A stretch of 63,452 nt of DNA, the filler included, from Rozella allomycis CSF55 (taxonomy: Eukaryota): assembly GCA_000442015.1 (NCBI GenBank). It is 11 parts of 11 records of this genome, joined end to end, with 100 filler letters (N's around TTAATTAATTAA, not from the genome) between each part and the next. Parts side by side here need not be neighbours in the genome. Positions count along the whole stretch, not along the records: positions 37,410 to 39,200 come from KE560478.1; positions 39,301 to 45,726 come from KE560480.1; positions 45,827 to 53,660 come from KE560486.1; 8 more parts are not named here. One strand, given 5' to 3'. The notes beneath the pieces were generated by a model. That model was not told the origin of the DNA. It worked only from the letters and a program-made list of their open reading frames with translations, and made no database searches. Both the position numbers and the translations under genes were made by a program. This document shows, one piece after another, positions 37,410 to 50,787 of the stretch (positions are counted from its first letter, which is position 1; every line of letters starts with the position of its first letter).

Positions 37410-38531
37410 TACCTTCCAAGATCAAACTTTGAATGATCTTTGAATTCATATATCAAAGTAATTTCAGGGCTGATTTGGTCCTTGAAAGCGCGAAACATTA
37501 TTAATCGCCATAATTTATTGTCTTGAGAATAATGAAATACAATACTTTGACTATCAGGCATCCATTCGAAGCATGAAATTAGGCCATTACAAGAAACGTG
37601 AGAGGAAGTCCAGGTAAGTGTATTCCAGATCCTAAAGTATGATGGGACGGCGATGGCTAATTTTTCTCCATTTGGAGACCATTTCAACCCAAGGATTGGA
37701 CCATCTAGACGAACAAACGATGTACACTTCTGAGTTGAAATTTCCCATACAAATAATGAATTGCTTCCATCACAGATCGCTGCGAGATAAGAACCGCACG
37801 GACTCCAACTCAAAGATACAACATTTTGCTGTCCTGGGTGACTTAAAAGAGTCATCCAAGATTCTTGCCCTCCGCCAGATGTAAATACTCTTATGTCTGT
37901 GTCCTTTACTTCCAATAACTTTTTGCTAGTTTTTATAGTCCACAAACAAATTCCATATCTAGATTTATGGCTAATATTCTCAAATGTACTTTGAAGCAAC
38001 GGCTAAGGTACTTCCTGAAAATGGTCTCCACTCCAAACATTTAATTTCTTGCATGTGTACATGATAAATTGGATATGAGATCCAGCCTATTTAGCGGACC
38101 AAACCTTCCGTACCTGCTACGTTCAAATCATATACTAGAATTAAATCTTGTCTATGCACAAGAGCTAAAACTTGTCTATATTTATGCCAAGCAATATTTA
38201 ACACTGGTGCATATTTTTCAGAGGTTGCACAGTTAGAAATGGCTGGCTTCGGCAACCTCTTTGACAACTCCCTTTTTACTTCTTTAACCAATGGTATATT
38301 TGACAAGTACTCATCAGTTTGTAATATATTAAGAAAATTTTTAAACTTTGTAAGAAAATTGTTTGAATTATTTTGTAAGAAAACGTCGCCTTTTGTTCTA
38401 TGTAGATCGACTGGTTTATCAATAGATAACGGGACGCAAATATGAGGAAAGGATATTCCTATTTCATTTTCGCCATTTTCTTCTATGTGTATGAGTTTTG
38501 TATTAGCTTCTCCGATTGTTACAGCAGTCAT
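37410..38531 (-). CDS. AAAS: Aladin-like WD40 nucleoporin
   Basis: VTIGEAN, IAWHKYRQVLA, GICLW, SLSWSPCG, LKWSPNG, FRIWNTLTW. Confidence 0.75.
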
Positions 38532-38661
38532 ATGTGGCTTGCCGCCTGTTGGGCTGTTCAGTATTCAGTACAGTTAAAGATGATTGAAATACCGATGTAC
38601 TATTTTTAGACCAATGCGTCTATAAATGGCGATGAGTGAGGGGTATATTTGTTACAACGAG

Positions 38662-39123
38662 ATGAACAAGTACATCACTATCATCGTCTATACCATATTT
38701 ATAAGTTTCGCTCATGCTGCGTTCAGAGCTCCAAATGCTGTTGTGCCAAAAATGCCAGGTATAAAGCCCAAACTGGCTCCAGACAATGCGAAAGTTGTAG
38801 CTATGCGTGACAAGAAATTGGATATGCTTGCTAAACTGGGGGATATAAAATTCAATAAGAAAGGCGGACTTATAAATGGAGTCAAATACTTCGCAGGGAA
38901 GCAAGAATTGAAACGCCTAGAAAATAAACTTGCCAAAACATCGTCTGGATCAGAAATGATAAACACGCACCTTATGATAGAGAGGATGAAAAATAGAGAA
39001 TCCATCTATATGAATGATAATATCAAGGGTCAAATGTCTACCCAGTCGTTAAATAATGCCGGCCGATACTATAGTCATTTTTTGGGAAAGCATCCACCTG
39101 CGTCAACAGGCTTACGTGCGTAA
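38662..39123 (+). CDS. Small basic predicted secreted protein
   Basis: Intronless ORF with signal-like MNKYITIIVYTIFISFAHA; Lys-rich. Confidence 0.55.
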   Translation: MNKYITIIVYTIFISFAHAAFRAPNAVVPKMPGIKPKLAPDNAKVVAMRDKKLDMLAKLGDIKFNKKGGLINGVKYFAGKQELKRLENKLAKTSSGSEMINTHLMIERMKNRESIYMNDNIKGQMSTQSLNNAGRYYSHFLGKHPPASTGLRA

Positions 39124-39300
39124 ACACACATATTTATAAAAATCTTTATATTAAACGTTTTTAATTCTTTTATTTTTAATGGTCTATTTCAAGTATGCCT
39201 NNNNNNNNNNNNNNNNNNNNNNNNNNNNNNNNNNNNNNNNNNNNTTAATTAATTAANNNNNNNNNNNNNNNNNNNNNNNNNNNNNNNNNNNNNNNNNNNN

Positions 39301-40390
39301 CTATTATTGAAACTTAGACCTCGGTCAGAGGCTCTGTATTTATGGATTGTAGATGTCATTGTGTATAATGTTTTCATATCTATCGTTATTGGGGTGATGT
39401 ATGGGTGGGTATCGAGAAAGGTGCTTCAATTTTCGCAAGGCCACCATTTAATAGACAAGGAATCATTTTTAGTGTTTTCAATGGCTTTGGCTGTAACAAA
39501 TGAGATTGTAAAATACTAGTTTCACATTATCGGCGTTGTTAAATTGCTTGGATGCAACGAATTGATGGCTGTTTTCGTTGCTGGCGTTACGTTTGCGTGG
39601 GATGATTGGTTTGTAGAAGAAACAGAAGGATCAAATTTGCAGGAAGTTGTGGATTTTATATTCAACATGTCATTTTTTGTTTTTCTTGGTACTGTTTTGC
39701 CATGGGCAAAGTATGCGGAGATCATATCTCGTTTGATAATGTTATCTTGCTGTATCTTGCTATTTAGAAGACTTCCATTTGTAATGCTGATATCAAAATA
39801 CATGCATGACTTGAAGACGGTGAAAGAAGCAATATTTTTGGGATGGTTTGGTAAGATCATATTAAAGAATAGAAATAGGGCCTATTGGTGTTGGTGCTAT
39901 TTTGTATTCAACCTTGGCAGTTATAATGCTCCAAGATGAGAAATACTACAACATTGCGTCATTTATCGTATTGTCTAGTGTGATTATCCATGGAGCTACT
40001 GTTCCTTTATTCCATTTAACGTTAATAAGATCTAGAACACACTCAGAAGGCACTTTATGGCCGAATCCATTTGTTGGAAGATTTGATCGATNAACTTATT
40101 AAAGAATTGCAATAGGGCCTATTGGTGTTGGTGCTATTTTGTATTCAACTTTGGCAGTTATAATGCTCCAAGATGAGAAATACTACAACATTGCGTCATT
40201 TATCGTATTGTCTAGTGTGATTATCCATGGAGCTACTGTTCCATTATTCCATTTAACATTAATAAGATCTCGAACGCGCTCAGAAGGCACTTTATGGCCG
40301 AATCCATTTGTTGGAAGATTTGATCGATACATGTCGGTATCTGTATCGTCTGAAGTAGACATTGACGAGGATAATGAAATTCTTGTATAA
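39301..40390 (+). CDS. NHA1: Nha1/Sod2-type Na+/H+ antiporter, C-terminal part (last exon duplicated at N40092)
   Basis: LIDKESFLVF, FAWDDWF, LLFRRLP, FLGWFG/PIGVGAI, VLSSVIIHG. Confidence 0.85.
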
Positions 40391-40462
40391 ATAAAATATT
40401 CTCGAATGTGATATCTACATTGTTGTTGCTTTATTTGTAATTTAAATATACGTGGCTGAGCA

Positions 40463-42078
40463 ATGGGTCGCAAAAAAGTCAAACCATTTATTGACAAGAA
40501 AAAGTCATATCAGTACCAAGTGTTGGACCGATCACAAAAAGATTCGAAAATAAATGATGAGAATGCAACACCGCATGTTTTGCAGTTGATTAGTGGCCCT
40601 GATGATATATATGAAGATTTTGAAGAAGAAAATGAAGAGATACTAGAAGATGAAAAAGAAGAGGAAGATATTAAAGATTTTACAGATTATGGAATTTATT
40701 TTGCAGATGGATATGATTATTCNTCCTGATGATATTTATGAAGATTTTGAAGATGAAAATGAAGAGATACTAGAAGATGAAAAAGAAGAGGAAAATATAA
40801 AAGATTTTACAGATTATGGAATTTATTTTGCAGATGGATATGATTATTCCAAGCATTTGAAGAAATCTGGGGTTACACCTGGTGTAATTTCTTTGGAGGC
40901 AGTGAAGCCAAAGGAGAATGACAAGATGAAAAAAGTGTCGTTTCAACTTCCAGAAGATGTGTTTCCATCAAAGGATGAGGAGGAAGTTGGATTTCTGACA
41001 CGTGCATTGATGAATGATAGTCGTAAGGATGATTGAAGATGTTAAAATTAGCTTTGGATTTGGAATTGGATGATGATGTTAGAGAAATTTTGTATGCACT
41101 TGATGATGAAGCGTTTCTTGTGAACAATGAAAATGAGTTTGAGGATACAATTGTTGATAAATTGAATTCCAGTGAAAAGGTTGAAGAAGATGAAGAAGAA
41201 AATGAATATTTGAGGACAATGAATAAGTTTAAGAAATTTCAGATCAGGGGAGATTCATCTGATGAAGAGAGTGAAGTTGGAACTAGATATGCGAGAACAA
41301 ATTATTCAATGACATCTTCTGTTCTGACGAGATCTAAACATCAATTAATTTTAGATGAACATTTTGAGGAAGTTCTTAAGAGTTATGAAGATGAAGAGAT
41401 TGGAGATTTGGAGTCTGTTCAAGGGGAAATTGATGATGAAAGAATTGAAGCTCTTTTAGATGAATTTTTAGAAAATGAAGATGTCGCTGGAAAGAAATTA
41501 ATTCCAAAAAATCATCTTTTTGGTTCTGAAGCGATGGATGAGTTTCGTCAAATTATTCTTGGAGAAGACAAAGATTCAATTGAAGAAAATAGAAAAGAAT
41601 TAAAAAAGAAAATCATTGAAAGTTTAAAAAAGCCACAAAAGAAGGAAAAAATAAAAATAAAGATTGAAAATGATTTTCAAGATGAAGATAAATGGGATTG
41701 TCAATCTGTTTTAACTTCATTTTCAAATCTAGAGAATAGACCAGGGGTTATTAAAGAAGAATCAAAAAAGAAAAAGAAAATTGTTTTAAATAAATTTGGA
41801 TTCCCCCGCCTTGATACAATAAATGAAGATCCCATTGAAAGTGATGAAGAAATAAACAAAGGTAATCAATAAATCTTATTATTCTTCTAGTAAACCTTGG
41901 AAAAGCAAGAAATAAAAAAGAATCAAAAGAAGAAAAAAAGGCGAGAAAAAATGCAATCAAAAATGAGAAAATGATTAGAAGAATGGAAAAGAAAGCAACT
42001 CAAGAATTGTTTGGCAAAGAACTAGAAAGGCAACGTTTCATTCTTCAACAATCTTCAGGAAATCACATTAAAATATAA
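40463..42078 (+). CDS. LTV1: 40S ribosome biogenesis factor Ltv1
   Basis: PFIDKK...RSQKD, YGIYFADGYDYSKHLK, YSMTSSVLTR, WDCQSVLTSFSNLENRP. Confidence 0.9.
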
Positions 42079-42119
42079 ATAAATTTTATTCATCAAAACT
42101 TAAAATAAAAGGTAATTTA

Positions 42120-44553
42120 CGCAGGGATGCATGTCTCATCCATTTTGTCTAGCATCTTTTGGACTTTGAATTGTCTAATCTGCCCCTTTTGCCATTTTTT
42201 ATTTCTTCTCCATCGGTAACAAGCAAACAATCCAATAAACATCAAAATGATTGATCCCCCAATCGAAGACACAGTAATCAAAATCACAATCACTCTTCTC
42301 AGCTACATAAAAACCATCTTCATTAATTACACTACTATCATAGGGACATTGCGCATAATATCCTCCTGTAACCCAACATCCAGGAGAATGTACATCATTA
42401 TAATCTATTCGCACATTCTCCTTCATTAAACTATTCCTAATAACTTCATATAAAGCCTTGTTTCTTCTGGTGACTTTGGCACAGTATACAAATAATTCTT
42501 CTGGCATAAAGGCGATCTTATAGACTGTTTTTGCTCACTTATTTGCCACTCTTAATCTTATACTTCTTTATTTACTTCAAACGGATTATTTATCGATCTA
42601 CATGCAATGTATTTGTCTTCCTCACAGGACCCGGGAACCCATCTACCAGTCTGAACCTCCATTTCAGCACATCTTCCAACATTTGAAATATTTCTAGGCT
42701 CATTATATGTCCAGCTCCAAATACTTGGTAGCGATTCGCTTATATTCTTCTCGTAAATGTATACTGGTGATACAGATCTATTTACCTTTCCAGGATAATA
42801 AACACACTTACCAGCACAAAAATGCTTGAAATATTTAACGGTTCATTAACTCTTTCAATGTAATAAAGAAATGATACGTTTACATAATCATTAAGATAAG
42901 AATTTCTATAATCATCTAAAGTCGAATCAAGTGAGAAAATCTCATTAAACAAATATGGTGGCCACATGAATTCATTGTAAAATGCTGAATTTATCGAAAC
43001 AGTGCTATTTCTCAACCCAATAATAAGTCTTTTGCTTAAATCCAGATCGGCCAATTCGGGCCATTTAAATGTAAGCTTTCCGATGGTATACATTTGAGGC
43101 GAAATTATATAATCAGCCAGTGATTTCAAGCTTTCTGCTAGTCTAGGCATACTTTGGAGAACCTTTTCATCCAATTGAACAGACGTTAGTCCTGTAGTAT
43201 TCATGTTTTCAAAATTAAGATCAAGCAAAATGACCAATGATTCCCTAAAGAATATTGAATTAGTCGTTTTCAGCCAATCGGATATATAAGATAGTATGTA
43301 CTTAACATCATTCTGTNCAGCCTTGTTTTCTTCTGGTGACTTTGGCACAGTAAACAAATAATCCTTATGGCATAAAGGCGATCTTATAGACTGCTTTTGC
43401 TCGCTAATTTGCCACTCTTAATCTTATACTTCTTTATTTACTTCAAACGGATTATTTATCGATCTACATGCAATGTATTTGTCTTCCTCACAGGACCCGG
43501 GAACCCATCTACCAGTCTGAACATCCATTTCAGCACATCTTCCAACGTTTGAAGTATTTCTAGGCTCATTATATGCCCAACTCCAAATAATTGGTAGCGA
43601 CTCGCTTATATTCTTCTCGTAAATGTATACTGGTGATACAGATCTATTTACCTTTCCAGGATAATAGACACACTTACCAGCACATAAATGTTTGAAATGT
43701 TTAAAGGTTCATGAATTCTTTCAATGTAATAAAGAAATGATACGTTTACATAATCATTAAGATAAGAATTTCTGTAATCATCTAAAGTCGAATCAAGTGA
43801 GAATATCTCATTAAACAAATATGGTGGCCACATGAATTCATTGTAAAATGTTGAATTTATCGAAACAGTGCTATTTCTCAACCCAATAATAAGTCTTTTG
43901 CTTAAATCCAGATCAGCCAATTTGGGCCATTTAAATGTAAGCTTTCCGATAGTATACATTTGAGGCGAAATTATATAATCAGTCAGTGATTTCAAGCTCT
44001 CTGCTAGCCTAGTCATACTTTGGAGAACTTTTTCATCTAATTGAGCAGACGTTAGTCCTGTAGTATTCATGTTTTCGAAATTAAGATCAAGCAACATGAC
44101 CAATGATTCCCTAAAGAATATTGAATTAGTCTTTTTCAGCCAATCGGATATATAAGATAGTATGTACTTAACATCATTCTGTACTGTGCATGTGGTGTTC
44201 GATGGTGTGACATAATCATCATTGTTAACAACAGTCGCGTTCCGAACATCTTTGCAAATTGACCAACTATTTTCAGTTTCATGATAGTAAAAGTCCATTA
44301 ACAATACTCTACACCCAGACTCAAGCAAGTTTTCAACGCGAGATATTTTGTTTTTAGTAATTGAATTGTTAAAGAAACCAGGAGTCAAGTTAAACCCTGT
44401 ACGCGTCACCTTGTCCAAGGGAATCAATGCGGACAGTTCACGCTGCGTTCGCATACCAGCTTGAACATAATCAGAGTTTGAAAAGGTTTGCTGGCATGAA
44501 ATTGAAAATAATAGGCTGAATATAATGAATATCATCACGGTTGGAAACATCAT
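42120..44553 (-). CDS. Mtc6-like secreted/membrane protein (two overlapping versions joined at N43316)
   Basis: Signal peptide, RTQRELSALIP, LLESGCRVLLMDFY, WSW...EP...RCAEM...GRW Cys-rich C-terminus. Confidence 0.6.
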
Positions 44554-44587
44554 GCTGTTTTAGGCTTTTAGCAATTTCTCAAATTGA

Positions 44588-44800
44588 ATGAAACCTAAAG
44601 CAATTCCAATGAACTCTGATATTTCAGACGCCATCGAGGAAACAGGCTGCGGTGATTTACATGAGGCACTAATGGAATGCCAATCACAATACAGGGACTG
44701 GCGAAAATGCCAGGGCGAAATGAAACGATTTAAAGATTGCTTCACTGAATATGCAGAAAAACAGCAGCAAGAAGAAACGAAATTTAATTATGCAAAAATG
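44588..44800 (+). CDS. COA4: Twin CX9C cytochrome oxidase assembly factor (duplicate fragment at 45603-45726)
   Basis: IEETGCGDLHEALMECQSQYRDWRKCQGEMKRFKDC. Confidence 0.8.
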
Positions 44801-44849
44801 GTAAGATACATTTATACAATTTTCTATAGGAATGATGCAGTTATTTCCT

Positions 44850-45524
44850 CTATGTCTATTTCAATAAAAATAATTTTTACAAATAAAGATCCAACTCTAA
44901 CCTTGTCACTACTAGATTTCTTAATTGAAGGTAATTCCGCCGGTGATGGCGCCTTTGAATTTTCCTTGCTTAACTGTTGAGATTCAAATTGCAAAAATTA
45001 CTGATTCCGTAATAAATGGGTGTTCCATTGCTTCGTGCGGCTTTAATCGCTTCTCTGGATCCCATTCAAAGCACTTTTCTAAGAAATCGAGAAAAAGTTG
45101 ATCGTTGGATTTGACAGCGACATTTAACTGTCGGCTGGAAATCTTTCTTTTCCTTCCTCTAGAGTTCATGATGATTTTAGGCTCATTCGATGCATCTTTG
45201 ACATAATTAATATTTTGATACCGAAGAATAGCTTTTTTCTCTTAGATAGCTCGAGAATGTTAGCGGGCGGGACACCAAATATTTCCATAATGCAAATTAG
45301 CTGCTCATGCTCATTTTCACCGGGGAATATTGGATGGCCGGAATGAAGCTCTGCTAAAATACACCCTAAACTCCACATGTCAATTCCCATAGTATATGAG
45401 ATGCCAAGAATGATTTCGGGCGACCTGTAAAACCTACTTTGAATGTATGTATAAACTGGCAATCTTTGTTAAATTTTCTTACTTTTTTGGTCATCAAAAC
45501 AGCTACTTCCGAAATCTATTACTT
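44850..45524 (-). CDS. DYRK-family kinase, C-terminal fragment
   Basis: [48 protein letters not shown]. Confidence 0.9.
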
Positions 45525-45826
45525 NTTAGGTTGAATGTAATGAATATCGTCATGGTTGGAAACATCACCCTGTTTTAGGCTTTTAGCAATTTCTCAAATT
45601 CAATGAAGCCTAAAGCAATCCCAATGAACTCTGATATTTCAGATGCTATCGAGGAAACAGGCTGCGGGGATTTACACGAAGCACTCATGGAATGCCAATC
45701 ACAATACAGGGACTGGCGAAAATGCCNNNNNNNNNNNNNNNNNNNNNNNNNNNNNNNNNNNNNNNNNNNNTTAATTAATTAANNNNNNNNNNNNNNNNNN
45801 NNNNNNNNNNNNNNNNNNNNNNNNNN

Positions 45827-48744
45827 GGATTAACTAGATTTCTTAACGCTTCTTCTATTTGTTCATCCTTCATTTTAGCTGGCATCCTTTATTGCAATAG
45901 ATCATTGAAATTACCATTCAGCTTTTAAAACATCATGTGAAGATGGTCGTTCTTTAACGTTGTGGTTTAACAATTGAGAAATAACTTTTCTTTCTAAAAC
46001 AAGATTGCCAGGAAAGTTTGATGGGAAAATAATTTCTGGTCTTCTCAAATCTTTCAAAATCAAATAATAATCAAATCAATAAATTTACTATAGCTCTTTC
46101 CATTTCAGTTCCAAATTTTATTAGCATTTCAAAGAACAAAATACCTACAATTAAAAGTCTATAAATATACCTAGTGAATACATGTCAACTTTTTGGCCAT
46201 ATTTACCACCAGACAATTGCTCAGGCGCAATATAAAACGGAGTCCCAATTTCAGAAGTCAACGAATGATTCTGAAAACTTTTTATAAAATCTTTTGTTTC
46301 CAATCTAGTCAATTCAGTTGTAGTTGAAAGTCCAAAATCACCCAACTTTACCAATCCATTATTATCAAAAAATATATTCGACGGTTTAATATCTCTATGA
46401 ATCAATCCCTTCCATCCTCATCTTTAACTTTAATTACTTGCTCGTGCACATGCACAATCCCCTCCACTATCTGTCGAAGCCATGTCCACGCTGTCTTCAA
46501 ATCTATTCCCTCTTTAATGGCATCCTTCAGTGTTTTATTAGAACAATATTCCATTTGAATGTACAAATATTCTATCCTCTGTGCTGATATGTTGGATGAA
46601 CTAGTAGATGTAGAGCCAATTGGACTGTGTCTAGATGTAACCGTTGACTTTTGACCACTCAGCCAGTCATCATCATGCAGAGCCCAACTCTCGCTTTCAG
46701 ATGATTCAGAATACAAACTTTCACTATCAAAATTATACGACTCTGATTCCCAACTATGTCCATCTCAATTAAAACCATTCAATCCAACTACCTTCTAGCC
46801 ATGCCTGGTAGTATCTAACAACATGCTCATGATGCAATCTACTCAGCGATGAAACTTCTCGCAAAATCTTCTTATTCAACTCTCCATCCCCAGAACTCAA
46901 CTTTATTCTCTTCACAGCATAGTATCTCCCATCAAGCTTATTTCTCACCTTAACAACCTCGCCAAACCCTCCCCTGCCCAACAATTCAATCTCATCAAAA
47001 TCTGACTTGAATCGTGATGTCGTTGAAACAGTCGCTGAATTAACATCAACGTTAACACTCTTAACATTCTTATTATCAAACATTAACGATTTCATCGACT
47101 TTATCTCAATCGGAATCGCTAAATGTTTGCTTTTACTCTTAAAGAATGAATGCTCAACAACATCATCCAACGTTGCTTCTTTATTCTTCACTAGCAGAAA
47201 ATTAGCAAATTCAAAGCATTCTTCATCTTTCTCCTTTAATATTTCCAAACAATTCTCCACATGAATTGATTCACCAAAAATTAGCTTTAAAAATAGAATC
47301 CCCAAATCGTAAATATCCAAACTTCTATTCTGAAATTTCGTAAATCAATTTTACTTTTCATTCAAAGAAAACGTTGCATCTGAAGGAGCATTTTGTATCG
47401 ATTGTCCAAACTCATAATATTTATTCAATTCTTTAATCTTTTTCATATAATACGCATCAGATATCATCAACTCTCCGTTATTCTTAAATATAAAACTATC
47501 AATCTTTATATTCGCATGATACAATTCTTTCTCATGAAGATCTCTAATGGATTTCGTAATTTTCAGAAATAGATCAATTGTTTTCTCCATTGAAAATCCA
47601 CTAGAATCAATCAATGTTCCCAAACTGCAACCTTGAACAAATCTAATCATGAAATCACTTCAAATATTCTACTCTAACAGAAGAACAATCTTTTTCATAT
47701 CAGATGAAACATCAACCAACGCTGCATCATAAAATTTAACAAACTTTGGATGTCCAAAATTCTTCAGTTTCTTTATCTCTTCCAAAACATCTTGCACCTT
47801 TCCTTGCTAAACCCAATCTTTACTCTTTTAATCCCATTCGTTGTAAAGTAATACGAATTCTTTATCGGAATCTCTTTAATCGTCACAACAACCTTGCCAT
47901 TATTAATAAACCCCATATACGTCGCTCCCAGATCCCCCTGTCCAATCAACGGTCCTCTCAACACATACGCAGCCTCCACAAAACTGCCCTTTTGCGGTAT
48001 CACAACCTTTTCCGGAAAATGAATCATCGCCTCGGTCGATTCCACAACAGGCACATTCTTGCGTCTCTGCTGCTCCCGCATCATCTCATCCTTAATCTCC
48101 TCCTCCAACCTTATTTTGGAATCCAGCTCAGAAATCAGCTTCTGCCGCTCCTGGTCATCACGCATCTGTCGCTCAAGAGCCAGCTGCTGCATCTCCAGCT
48201 CCTCCTGCTTTTCATTCTCCAGTGTTCTTTGCACCTCTCTCACCAGCAAATTACAATTACCATCTCGTCATAAAAAGACACATTGTTGCTCTGTCGCTCT
48301 TGCAACAACACATCCTATCACACACATATCATCCCAATTACCCTCACACTCTCCACAATATCAAATATCATCTCGCTCCCCTTCAGCACACTGATCCTGT
48401 CTTCAACAACAGCATACATCCTCTGCATCTTCTTCTCTGACACATCAATCATCGCATTCAATTCAACCGTCGGATAATCTTTCACCGGATAGTTTCGCGA
48501 CAATCTACTCACGTACCATTCATCTTTTTACGTAAACACTATCTGCAGGATCGGATCTTGCGTATCAGCATCTTTTATCACAATTGAAACCTTTTTGGGA
48601 AACGGCGTCTACTCTCTAATAATATTAAATCTCTTGCCTTCCACGGATTCTGCAGAATCTCCATGTCGTCCTTTATTTATTAGTTGCAATTTTTACCATG
48701 AATATCGCCGACAGGGACTCTAGCTCTATTTCTTGCGGATCCAT
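45827..48744 (-). CDS. GCN2: eIF2-alpha kinase Gcn2, N-terminal half (RWD, pseudokinase, kinase)
   Basis: QEIELESLSAIF and YP..YP (RWD); SRFKSDFDEIELLGRGGFGEVVKVRNKLDGRYYAVK, LYIQMEYC, IHRDIKPSNIF. Confidence 0.93.
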
Positions 48745-48834
48745 TTCGAAATTTCTCGAATATTGGAACTCTAACCCATTTAATCAAGTTTTATCTAATT
48801 TATATTTCATTGGTAAAATAAAAGATTCATTTAT

Positions 48835-50210
48835 TTATTTTTGAAGCGACATTTCCACGACAAATCCAAGCGCCATTTTCACAAACTCTTCAACGTGTGG
48901 AAAATCAATTCGGGAAACAACATCCTTGTCGGAATGAATAAATGGACTCGTATTCTTAAAAGATGCTTCAATTGCAAAGGTAGAAGGATACCCCGCCTTG
49001 GTAAAACTTGCATGATCAGAGCACGCGTATCTAATTAGCCGCGTGCAAATTCAATTACCCGCACTGAGTTTCTATCACATCTTTTGATGTATATGTTTCA
49101 GCTACATCCTTTAGAAAACCAGTCAACTGTTTATTGGTAAAATCCGTAACAAGTGCAATCACATCCTCTGAATTAAATCCATCCATGTCAATTTGCAAAG
49201 TACCCGCAATTTTTCTATTCTTGCGTTTCATTGAAGACACAACATCTTGGCTTCCTAGTAACCCTCCCTCTTCCGCGCTGTAAAAGTGAATTTCTACGGG
49301 CAAATTGGGTCTGAATTTCTTCTGAACTAGAATTTGAAGCACCTCGAGAACAGTTATCGAACCCGATCCATCATCATCAGCACCTGGTGCTCGATTGTAC
49401 GCCCCAAAGAATCCAGCGGTAGAGTCCAAATGAGCAGAAAGAATTACTGTTTCTTGGTCAGTCTTCACTCCATCGAATTTCACGATGATTGAAAACTGCT
49501 TCCATTTATCGTGATGGAATTTGTGCGCAGAAATGTGCGTTGCATTGGATACTTTTATCATTGTCTCGATTTCATTGAACAGCCACTTGGACGCTTCAAG
49601 ACCGCTGTCGCTTTTATAATGGCGATTGAAAAATGATGTAAACTTTTTCAAATTGTTTTCCATCCTGCCTTGCGATATTAAATATGTTAGCTCGCGTACC
49701 AATTCCTGGTTGTTCATAGATTTTGGTATCTTAGCTAAGTTAACGNTTAGATCGTTATATATAGGTAAGTTGGGTCACATAGTATTTAATAGGTAAGTTA
49801 GGTCACATTGCAATAAGTAGGTAAGTTGGGTCACATAGTATTATCTAGGTAAATCAATAAAAGTCTCTTCAAAGGTTAAATCGTTTTGTCATCCTACAGA
49901 AATTAATAAACAACCAAAAGCGATTGGCGTTGTATTTTCAATACCCAAAATAGTCAACTACTTGGGCGCAGGNACCTGGTGCTGGTTTCATGTTATGAAA
50001 GACATCCTGATGATTTGTAATGTCCATGAAGTGGATATTTTTGCTTATTAATGACTCCACTTCATATTCGGTCATCCATTGGCGATTGTTAACTCCAAGT
50101 TCAATAAGTCGACGTTCATTATTCTTATTGTTAAATATGCTAAATGGTATTGGTATCGCTGTAATTGGTATGAGCAAAGTTAAGATAACGCAAAGTAGAG
50201 GAGATCGCAT
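48835..50210 (-). CDS. LAP1: Secreted M28 leucine aminopeptidase (interrupted by an N-bounded insert at 49746-49972)
   Basis: Signal peptide, FMDITNH, LSAHLDS, APGADDDGSG, YSAEEGGLLGS, CSDHASF. Confidence 0.9.
49763..49850 (+). repeat. Three 28-bp tandem units
   Basis: AGGTAAGTT(G/A)GGTCACAT... repeated three times. Confidence 0.8.
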
Positions 50211-50356
50211 ATGAGGCTGATGCTAATTAATTACCCGTGGCAACCAAGTTGAATTTTTTTGGTTTACGAGAAAACTTCATTTCTGATACTTTATTTTTTT
50301 TGCCTTGATTTTCATTATGGAATTGAAAAGAATTCATGATCCATTGAAAAATCCAA

Positions 50357-50758
50357 ATGGCAACAGCGAATATTTCAAAAAGATTTTGCATAGTTTATAT
50401 AACTTGTCCAAAGATTGAAGTTGCTGAATCCTTAGCTAAAATGCTTCTTGAAAAGAGAACTATTGCTTGTGCTAATGTTTTACCTAATGTCACGTCAATT
50501 TATCGCTGGAACGGAGAGATTAAGCAAGACCCAGAAGTTTTAATGGTAAAAAAATAGTATATAAGTTAAAGATGATCAAAACTCGTCAAGATAAACTGTG
50601 CGCATTGAAAAGTATAGTCGAAAAAGAACATCCGTATGATGTACCTGAAATAGTAAGTGTACCGATGCAAGGTAATATTTTTGAATCATAAAAATATAAA
50701 AGACGGAAGTGATAATTATTTACAATGGCTTGATTCTTGTTTGGACGATGAGAAATAA
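50357..50758 (+). CDS. CUTA: CutA divalent cation tolerance protein
   Basis: IVYITCP...LLEKRTIACANVLP.VTSIYRW.G, HPYDVPEI. Confidence 0.92.
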
Positions 50759-50787
50759 ATATTGAAAAAACCCTTACGAAACTGATT

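Noticed and set aside
49763-49850. CRISPR-like repeat
   Set aside because: Eukaryotic context, only ~10-nt variable parts, three units and no cas genes.
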